Of a stretch of DNA of 64,000 nucleotides, positions 55,028 to 62,193 are shown piece by piece (positions within the stretch are counted from its first letter, which is position 1; each line of letters begins with the position of its first letter). Source of the stretch: an uncultured Actinomycetes bacterium (lineage in GTDB: Bacteria > Actinomycetota > UBA4738 > HRBIN12); contig OY969934.1 in the NCBI GenBank assembly GCA_963704725.1, forward strand, positions 2,272,001 to 2,336,000, read 5' to 3'. A model generated the notes under the pieces. The model saw nothing but the letters and a program-made list of their open reading frames with translations. It ran no database searches and was not told the origin of the DNA. The translations under genes and the position numbers were made by a program.

Positions 55028-55807
55028 CTACGCCCCCTTCGCCCTCGCGGGCTCGTCTCCTGCGGAGGCGGCCGGTCGCGCATCCGCTCCCGTTCCCCCC
55101 GCCCGCTCCGTCAGCCGCACGTAGGCCTCGTGCGCCGCCTGCTGCTCGGCCTCCTTCTTGGACCGCCCGATGCCGCTTCCCCACGCCTTGCCGGACAGGT
55201 GCACCGTCGCCGTGAACTCCTTCTCGTGGTCCGGGCCGCGCTCGGCGATGCGGTACTCGGGCAAGGCGTGCAGGTCCGCCGAGGCGAGCTCCTGCAGGAT
55301 CGTCTTGTAGTCGCGCTCGATGCCTTCGTCCTTCCGGACGTACGCGATCATCCGCGGCCGGAACAGCCGGTCGACGAGCTTGCGCGCCGCGTCGAGGCCC
55401 CGGTCGAGGTAGATCGCGCCGAGGATGGCCTCGACGGCGTCGGCCAGGATGCTGCTCTTGTCGCGCCCGCCGCTCATCTCCTCGCCCTTGCCCAGCAGGA
55501 GGTACCGGCCGAGGCCGAGATCCCGCGCCACGTCGGCCAGCGCTCTCATGTTCACGATGGCGGCGCGCAGCTTGGCGAGCTCCCCCTCCGGCATGCCGGG
55601 GAACTCGCGGAACGCCATGTCCGTGACGACGATGCCGAGCACGGCGTCCCCGAGGAACTCGAGCCGCTCGTTGTTCGTCGGAAGCTCGTTCTCGAACGCG
55701 TACGAGCGGTGCGTGAGCGCGAGCTCGCGCAGCGCGGCGTCCTTGAACCTGATGCCGAGCGCGCGATCGAGCGCCTTCGGGTCCTCCGCGGCGCGCTGGG
55801 AGGTCAC
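55028..55807 (-). CDS. rnc: Ribonuclease III
   Basis: Start refined to GTG 55807; ALTHRS, NERLEFLGDAVL, ADAVEAILGAIY, dsRBD DYKT.LQE...G.GRSKKEAEQ.AA. Confidence 0.98.
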   Translation of the reverse strand: MTSQRAAEDPKALDRALGIRFKDAALRELALTHRSYAFENELPTNNERLEFLGDAVLGIVVTDMAFREFPGMPEGELAKLRAAIVNMRALADVARDLGLGRYLLLGKGEEMSGGRDKSSILADAVEAILGAIYLDRGLDAARKLVDRLFRPRMIAYVRKDEGIERDYKTILQELASADLHALPEYRIAERGPDHEKEFTATVHLSGKAWGSGIGRSKKEAEQQAAHEAYVRLTERAGGTGADARPAASAGDEPARAKGA

Positions 55808-55811
55808 GCCG

Positions 55812-55988
55812 TCACTCGACCTCGATGGCCTGGCGTCCCGCGTAGTACCCGCAGTTGGCGCACACGCGGTGCGGCAGCTTGGGCTGGTGGCACTGCGGAC
55901 ACTCGGAGTACGTGGGTGGCTGGGCCTTCCAGTTGGCCTTGCGCTTCGCCCCTCGGGTGTGGGACTGGCGGCGTTTGGGAACCGGCAT
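55812..55988 (-). CDS. rpmF: 50S ribosomal protein L32 (58 aa, four-Cys form)
   Basis: Manual translation MPVPKRRQSHTRGAKRKANWKAQPPTYSECPQCHQPKLPHRVCANCGYYAGRQAIEVE; not in the ORF track; SD AAAGGA. Confidence 0.97.
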   Translation of the reverse strand: MPVPKRRQSHTRGAKRKANWKAQPPTYSECPQCHQPKLPHRVCANCGYYAGRQAIEVE

Positions 55989-56006
55989 CGTCCGTGTCCT
56001 TTCGCG

Positions 56007-56528
56007 TCAGTTCGTCTCGTCGATGGGATCATGCGTCGCGTCCAGCAGCACCTCGAGCCCGGCCCACCGCGGATCGGTCTCGTCGTGCCCTGGGCACTCG
56101 CCGAGGTTGCGATCGCCGCCGCACACGGCACACAGCCCGAGGCAGTCCGGACGGCACAGCGGCGAGAACGGGATCTCGAGGACGACCGCGTCGCGAACCA
56201 TGGGCTCTGGGTCGAGCGTGAGGTCCGACGCGAGCGCGTAGTCGTCGTCCGGTCCGGGGTCGCGGACGTAGAGCTCGTCCATGGCCAGGTCGAAGGCGCG
56301 GTCGAACTCCTTCAGGCATCGCGCGCACCGCATCGCGAACCGGCCGCCGATGCTCCCGTGGACGTAGACGCCGTCGACGACGCTCTCGAGGGTGAGCTCG
56401 CCCTCCAGGGGCTGATCCTCCGGAACCCCGGCCAGCTCCGTATGGAGGCCGGGGACGGACTCGAGGACCCGGACGGTCTTGGCGGCGCCGGGGCTCTCGA
56501 GCAGATCGCGGACATCGATCTGACGCAT
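56007..56528 (-). CDS. yceD: YceD/DUF177 family protein
   Basis: MRQIDVRDLL...CARCL...PLCRPDCLGLCAVCG...DPRWAGL; upstream of rpmF. Confidence 0.93.
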   Translation of the reverse strand: MRQIDVRDLLESPGAAKTVRVLESVPGLHTELAGVPEDQPLEGELTLESVVDGVYVHGSIGGRFAMRCARCLKEFDRAFDLAMDELYVRDPGPDDDYALASDLTLDPEPMVRDAVVLEIPFSPLCRPDCLGLCAVCGGDRNLGECPGHDETDPRWAGLEVLLDATHDPIDETN

Positions 56529-57079
56529 CACGCCCCCTCGTCCTCCATCTCGGGCATCTGCACGTCCGGGCCGATGTCCGCGTTGGTGGACGGGATACGG
56601 CCGCGGAGCTTCTCGCGCCCACCCTGCACCTGGTCGATCGTCCGCGAGAGCGACTGGTTGGATCCGATCATGTCCTCGAGGATCCGCTGGAGCTGCCCCT
56701 CGAGCTGCGCGAGCTTGGCGTCGACGTAGTCCTCCGCCTCCAGGCGGAGCCGGCGGGCGTCCTCCCCCGCCTCCTGCAGGATCCGCTCGGACTCGTCGTT
56801 GGCCTTCTGCACCACGGCCTCGTGCGAGGCCAGCCGGAGCTGCTCCTGCCTCGCCTGCTCCACCATGGCCTCCGCGTCGCGGCGCGCCTTGGCCAGGAGC
56901 TCCTCGCGGTCCTTCACGATCCATCTGGCCTGCTTGATCTCGTCGGGCAGCGCGTCCTTCATCTGCTCGATGAGCTCCAGCACCTCGTCGCGGTTCAGCA
57001 GCGCGGACGAGGACAGCGGCATCGACTTGGCCTCGCGGACCATCTCCTCGAGCTGGTGGATCCGGGAAGACAGGTCCAT
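56528..57079 (-). CDS. sepIVA: SepIVA-like coiled-coil protein
   Basis: LEEMV.EAKSMPLS...LPDEIKQA...EDYVDAKL; conserved coaD-sepIVA-yceD context. Confidence 0.8.
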   Translation of the reverse strand: MDLSSRIHQLEEMVREAKSMPLSSSALLNRDEVLELIEQMKDALPDEIKQARWIVKDREELLAKARRDAEAMVEQARQEQLRLASHEAVVQKANDESERILQEAGEDARRLRLEAEDYVDAKLAQLEGQLQRILEDMIGSNQSLSRTIDQVQGGREKLRGRIPSTNADIGPDVQMPEMEDEGA

Positions 57080-57571
57080 CTACTCCCCTCCCCCCTCGCC
57101 GAGCCGCTCGCGGAGCCGCTGGGCGACGACCTCCGGCACGAGCCCGCTCACGTCGCCGCCGAAGCTCGCGACCTCCTTGACCAGCGAGGAGCTGAGGAAC
57201 GACCACTGGGGAGCCGTCGTGATGAACAGCGTCTCGAGCCCGGACAGCGAGTGGTTCATCTGCGCCATCTGGATCTCGTACTCGAAGTCCGTGACCGCCC
57301 GAAGGCCCTTGACGACGACGTCGGCGCCTCGCCGCCGCGCGTAGTCGACGAGCAGCCCGGAGAAGGCGTCGACCTCGACCTTGGGGATGGGCTGGGTGAC
57401 CTCCTTGAGGAGGGCGACCCGCTCCTCGACGGAGAACAGCGGCCGCTTGCCGGGGTTGTCGAGCACGCCGACCACCAGCGCATCGAAGCGCCGAGCAGCC
57501 CGTTCGATGATGTCGAGGTGACCGTTCGTCACGGGGTCGAACGTCCCCGGACAGAGGGCGGTCAGGCCCAT
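57080..57571 (-). CDS. coaD: Phosphopantetheine adenylyltransferase
   Basis: PGTFDPVTNGHLDII, KGLRAVTDFEYE, LSSSLVKE. Confidence 0.98.
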   Translation of the reverse strand: MGLTALCPGTFDPVTNGHLDIIERAARRFDALVVGVLDNPGKRPLFSVEERVALLKEVTQPIPKVEVDAFSGLLVDYARRRGADVVVKGLRAVTDFEYEIQMAQMNHSLSGLETLFITTAPQWSFLSSSLVKEVASFGGDVSGLVPEVVAQRLRERLGEGGGE

Positions 57572-58123
57572 CTAAGCCTCCCGGAAGATCAGCACGGCCG
57601 TGTCGCCGTACTCCAGGCGTTTCGCGACGAGCCAGTGTACCGGAATGCCAGGCGTGGAATTCCTTCTCGCCCTGGTCAGAGCCACTGTTCCGCCCTCCGC
57701 CACCCACCCGCCGGACACTGCGGCCAGCATCGCGTCCACCGTGGAGGGTGGCGAGTCGTAGGGCGGATCGGCCAGGACGAGGTCGAACGGGCCGCCCGCC
57801 GGGTCCCCGGACCCGAGGAACCCGAGCGCCTCGGCGACGACCACGCGGGCCCGGTCGCTCAGGTCGGTCCGCTCCAGGTTGTCGCGGAGGGTCCGAACGG
57901 CGGCTCGGCTCCGCTCCACGAAGACCGCGAGCTCGGCCCCGCGCGACAGGGCCTCGATCCCCAGGGCGCCCGTGCCGGCGAACAGGTCCAGGACCCGCGC
58001 TCCGGGGACGTCGGCGGCCAGGCTGGAGAACAGGCCCTCCCGGGCGCGGTCGGCGACGGGTCGGACGCCGGGAGGCACCGGGGCCAGCCGCGTGCCCTTG
58101 GCGGAGCCGGCGATGACGCGCAT
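57572..58123 (-). CDS. rsmD: 16S rRNA m2G966 methyltransferase
   Basis: MRVIAG, RP..DRAREGLF, DLFAGTGALGIEALSRGA, DPPY, YGDT. Confidence 0.96.
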   Translation of the reverse strand: MRVIAGSAKGTRLAPVPPGVRPVADRAREGLFSSLAADVPGARVLDLFAGTGALGIEALSRGAELAVFVERSRAAVRTLRDNLERTDLSDRARVVVAEALGFLGSGDPAGGPFDLVLADPPYDSPPSTVDAMLAAVSGGWVAEGGTVALTRARRNSTPGIPVHWLVAKRLEYGDTAVLIFREA

Positions 58124-58175
58124 GGGGCGACGACGCTACACGGTGGCCGCGCCGAAGGACCTCCGCGAACGGGGC

Positions 58176-58817
58176 CTAGACCAGCCCCGCCTCGTTCGCG
58201 TGTCTCACCAGCTCGGCTCGGGTGCGAAGGCCCAGCTTGCGCAGGACGCTCGCCCGATGGTTCTCGACGGTGCGCACCGAGACGTAGAGCATCGTGGCGA
58301 TCTCGGCGTTGGTGTGCCCGAGCGCGATCAGGCGGAGCACCTCGCGCTCGCGAGGCGTGAGGTCGTCGATGGCCCGGGCGTGGACCCGGCCGGGCGTCTC
58401 CCGCCACTTCGCCAGGGCCGCGCCGAGCGAGGGCTGCAGGTAGTCCGCTCCCCCCGCCACCTTTCGGACGGCGTCCACGAGCTCGGTGGAGGCGGTCTCC
58501 TTGAGCAGATACCCGCGCGCCCCGGCGGCCAGGCAGAGCTGCACGTCGGTCGGGTTGTCGACCATCGTCAGGACGAGGATCGCCGCGTGCGGATAGCGCT
58601 CCTTCAGCCGCCGGACGACGTCGGCGCCGCGGTCGTCGGGGAGCACCAGGTCGGCCACCACGACCTCGGGTTCGATCTCGAGCTCGACGGCCTCGGTCAC
58701 GGACCCCGCCTCGGCCATGACGTCGATGTCGTCCTGCCGCTCGAGCAGGGCGCGCAATCCCTCGCGGACGACGACGTGGTCGTCCATCAGCAGCACCGAG
58801 ATCCGCTCGTCGCTCAC
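58176..58817 (-). CDS. NarL/LuxR-family response regulator
   Basis: MDDH.VVREG, VADL, GYLLK, LTPREREVL...TNAEIA...SVRTVENH. Confidence 0.95.
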   Translation of the reverse strand: MSDERISVLLMDDHVVVREGLRALLERQDDIDVMAEAGSVTEAVELEIEPEVVVADLVLPDDRGADVVRRLKERYPHAAILVLTMVDNPTDVQLCLAAGARGYLLKETASTELVDAVRKVAGGADYLQPSLGAALAKWRETPGRVHARAIDDLTPREREVLRLIALGHTNAEIATMLYVSVRTVENHRASVLRKLGLRTRAELVRHANEAGLV

Positions 58818-61800
58818 CTGCGGGCACCCCCGTTCGCCTCGACCTGCGCGTCGACCTGCCCGTCGACCTGCCCGTCAACCTCGGTTGCCCCGATCGGCAC
58901 CAGTAGCCTAACCCGCGTTCCCGCCTCGACGGCGGACTCCACGACGAGCGACCCCTCGACCAGCTCGGCCCGCTCCCGCATGCCGATCAGCCCGAGACCG
59001 CGGCCCGGCTCGATCGTGGCGGGGTCGAACCCCCGGCCGTTGTCCTCGACCAGGGACGTCAGCTGCCCGTTGGCGCGCTGGAGCAGGATCGAGATCGCCG
59101 AGGCGTGAGCGTGCTTCTGGGCGTTGTGGACGGCCTCCTGGACCACGCGGTAGACCACGGCCTCGGACTCGGGAGCCAGGCGAACGTCGCCGATCTGCTC
59201 GTGGAGATCGACGGTGAGCTCGGGCGTCGACGTCTCGTCGGCGAGCCGGCGGATGGCCGGGACGAGGCCAAGCCGCTCGAGCTCGGGGGGACGCAGGCTC
59301 CACACGAGCTGCCGGCTGTCGACGATCGCGCGGCGGATCAGCTCGTTGACGCGGATGGCCCGGGGCTTGGCCTCCTCGCTGACCTGATCGGCGAGGTCGG
59401 AGGCGAACAGCGAGATCGAGGTGAGGACCTGGCCCAGGCCGTCGTGGAGCTCCAGAGCCACGCGCTCCCGCTCCTCCTCCTGCGCGCGCACGATGCGGTG
59501 GAGCATCTGCTGCCGCTCCTCCGCGAGGCGACCGAGCTCCTCGGCTCGATCGGCGAGCGCCTGGCGAAGGCGCATCTGTCCGATCGCGATGGCGAGCTCG
59601 GCGCCGACCTCCTTGGCGATGTCCTGCGCCTCCTCCCCGAACGCGTTGGCCTTCCTCGACATCAGGATCAGCGCGCCGAGCTCCGACTCCCCGCTGCGCA
59701 GGGCGATCGACATGACGCTTCGGACCCCGACCTCGCGCACGGCGATGAGGTGGGCGGCGTCCTCGTTCGGCGGGCCGAGCTCCTGCAGGTCGGCGATGAC
59801 CAGGTCCCGCCCCAACGCCTCCCGGGCGCGCTCGTTGAGGGGACTCGACTCGAGATCGGTCGCCGGCTTCAGATCCGCGTCGCCCCGGACGGCCCCGTAC
59901 ACGAACCCGTTCGTGCCGGGGTCGACGAGCGCGACCGCGCTACGGTCGTGCGGGACGAGGAGCCGAAGGTGATCCAGGGTTCGCCCGGCCATCTCGTCGA
60001 TCGACGTCGAGGACAGGACCTCGCGGTCGATGAGGTGGAGCAGCTCCAGACGGGTGGCGAGCCGGAGCTGGCGGTCCAGCGCCGTCCGGCGCTCGTCCTC
60101 GGCCCGCCGCCGGGCCGTGATGTCGACCAGGACGCCCTGATAGAAGAGCGGCTCTCCGTCCGCGCTGCGCACGAGCGCGGCCCGATCCTGGACCCACACC
60201 TCGCGTCCGTCCTCGGCGATCATCCGGTACTCGATGTCGAGGGGCTGCTGCCGCTCGATCGACACCCGGCCGGTCCTGCCCAGCCGCTCGCGATCCGCCG
60301 GGTGCACGATGCGCATCCAGAACGTCGGGTCGCCGCCCCACGCATCTCGCGGGTACCCGAGGAGCTCGACGATCTGCGGGCTGATGTACGTGACGGGGGC
60401 GGGGACGCGATCGGCATCGTGGAGGTAGACGATGGCCGGGCCGTCCTCGACGAGGTTGCGGTACTTCTCTTCCGCCGCCCGGAGCCCGATGGCCGCCCGC
60501 TCCCGCTCGATGGCCAGGCCGATGATCGCGGCGATCGCCTCGAGGAACCGGACCTCTTGATCGGTGAACGCCCGGCGCGTCGTCGTCAGCGCCGACAGCA
60601 CGCCGTACGGACGATCCTCGCCGTTGACGACGGTGGCCATGCCGCTCACGACGCCGTGGTCGACCATGTGCGGCGGCGGCTCGAAGCGTTGCTCGGTCGC
60701 CAGGTCCTCGACGATCACCGGTCCCCCCACCCGCAGCGTGTGGGAGGCGAGCCACCGGTTTCGGCGGTTGAAGGTCAGGGACCCGACCACTCCCGGGCGC
60801 CACCCCACGCCGGCTCGCATCACGATGGTCTCGTCGTCCGGCAGCAGCTCCAGGACGCCCGCGAGGGGAACCTCGAGCGTCTCGGCCACCAGCGCCGAGG
60901 CCGAGCTCAGGAGACCCTGCAGGTCCCGGCTCTGGAGCGCGGCGAGCCCGAGTCCGGCCACCGTCTCCTGTTGCCGCTGGTGCCGCGCGAGCTCTTCGAC
61001 GGCGCGACGGCGCTCCGAGATGTCGGCGAGAACGCCGAGCAGCCCGGTGACCGTCCCGTCGGCTCCCAACAGCGGCGCCGTCGAGAGGCTGACGTCCACC
61101 CTCATCCCGTCCTTGCGCATCCGGACGGTCTCGAGCCCGACGATGGGCTGCCGGTTCAAGGTCCGATCGCGGACTCGCAGGAACTCCTCCCACTTGTCCT
61201 CGGGGTGGTACGGAACCTGCCGACCGACGATCTCGGCCTCCGTCCACCCGAAGATCCGCTCGGCGGCGGGGTTCCAGTGGCGGACCCGGCCGTCGGTCTC
61301 CAGGACCAGGATCGCGAGGGGCGAGGCACTGAAGACGCCGCGCAACGACTCGGAGAGCTCTTGAAGGGCGTCGGTCTGGGACCGCTGCTCCGTGATGTCG
61401 ACCATGATCCCCTGCCAGACCGCGGGGCGGTCCTCGTCGCCCGGGATGAGCACCGCCTCGTCGTGGATCCAGACCACGGTCCCGTCCGGCCGGAGGGCGC
61501 GGTACTCGAGGCTCATGCCGCCTCGGGCGTCCGCGAGCTCGTTCATCGCCAGGACGCCGGGCCAGTCGTCCGGATGAATGACCTTCTTCCACAGATCGAT
61601 GTCGGCCATCCACGCCTCGGGCGTGTAGCCGAGCAGATCCTCGAGCTGAGGCGCGACGTAGACGCAGCGCGTGACGGCCGGGTCGACCGGATCGACCTCG
61701 TTCAGCCACACGACACCGGGGACCCGCTCGACGAGCGAGCGATAGCGGGCCTCGGACCTGCCGAGCGCCTCGGACGCCGCGGTCGCCTGCGCCACGGCCC

Positions 61801-62041
61801 GCTCCCACTGGCGGCCGGCGCGGCGGGCCAGCAGGAACACGAACCCCGAGGACGCCAGGACGAACACGACGCCCTTGACCGTCTGCGCCCACGCCTCGAC
61901 CCGCTCCGAGGTGAGCACGTCGAGCGCTCGGTCGGACAGGAGGATCCATGCGATGCCCAAGAGCGCGAAGGCGACGGCGACGCCGGCCGCCGCGCGGCTC
62001 GCGCTTCGTCCTGGATGACCGTTCGACATCGGTTCGGGCAT
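58814..62041 (-). CDS. Multi-sensor HisKA_3 histidine kinase (2TM-PAS-PAS-GAF-PAS-GAF-HisKA_3-HATPase)
   Basis: IHPDD and VHPAD PAS motifs, NPAAERIFGW, GAF segments, ERERVALELHDGLGQ, QEAVHNAQKH, DNGRGF, GLGL.GMRER. Confidence 0.93.
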   Translation of the reverse strand: MPEPMSNGHPGRSASRAAAGVAVAFALLGIAWILLSDRALDVLTSERVEAWAQTVKGVVFVLASSGFVFLLARRAGRQWERAVAQATAASEALGRSEARYRSLVERVPGVVWLNEVDPVDPAVTRCVYVAPQLEDLLGYTPEAWMADIDLWKKVIHPDDWPGVLAMNELADARGGMSLEYRALRPDGTVVWIHDEAVLIPGDEDRPAVWQGIMVDITEQRSQTDALQELSESLRGVFSASPLAILVLETDGRVRHWNPAAERIFGWTEAEIVGRQVPYHPEDKWEEFLRVRDRTLNRQPIVGLETVRMRKDGMRVDVSLSTAPLLGADGTVTGLLGVLADISERRRAVEELARHQRQQETVAGLGLAALQSRDLQGLLSSASALVAETLEVPLAGVLELLPDDETIVMRAGVGWRPGVVGSLTFNRRNRWLASHTLRVGGPVIVEDLATEQRFEPPPHMVDHGVVSGMATVVNGEDRPYGVLSALTTTRRAFTDQEVRFLEAIAAIIGLAIERERAAIGLRAAEEKYRNLVEDGPAIVYLHDADRVPAPVTYISPQIVELLGYPRDAWGGDPTFWMRIVHPADRERLGRTGRVSIERQQPLDIEYRMIAEDGREVWVQDRAALVRSADGEPLFYQGVLVDITARRRAEDERRTALDRQLRLATRLELLHLIDREVLSSTSIDEMAGRTLDHLRLLVPHDRSAVALVDPGTNGFVYGAVRGDADLKPATDLESSPLNERAREALGRDLVIADLQELGPPNEDAAHLIAVREVGVRSVMSIALRSGESELGALILMSRKANAFGEEAQDIAKEVGAELAIAIGQMRLRQALADRAEELGRLAEERQQMLHRIVRAQEEERERVALELHDGLGQVLTSISLFASDLADQVSEEAKPRAIRVNELIRRAIVDSRQLVWSLRPPELERLGLVPAIRRLADETSTPELTVDLHEQIGDVRLAPESEAVVYRVVQEAVHNAQKHAHASAISILLQRANGQLTSLVEDNGRGFDPATIEPGRGLGLIGMRERAELVEGSLVVESAVEAGTRVRLLVPIGATEVDGQVDGQVDAQVEANGGARR

Positions 62042-62080
62042 CCCTCCCGATCTCCCGCCCGTGCGGCTGTCCCCCGACTA

Positions 62081-62107
62081 ACGTCGGCAGGCACCAGCCA
62101 ACCTTGA
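62081..62107 (-). promoter_or_regulatory. Putative sigma28/WhiG-type promoter of the kinase-RR operon
   Basis: TCAAG-14 nt-GCCGACGT, about 40 nt upstream of the ATG. Confidence 0.5.
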
Positions 62108-62193
62108 AGTGGCCCCCCGGCCACGGGGCCGTTCGGCCGGTCCCGTCTGGGCCAACCGGCCCCGGCTCGGTCGCGCCACGTGCGTGCGCCGGC

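Noticed and set aside
58838-58880. 12-bp tandem repeat encoding VDGQVDGQVDAQVE at the kinase C-terminus
   Set aside because: In-frame low-complexity tail with no evidence of separate function.
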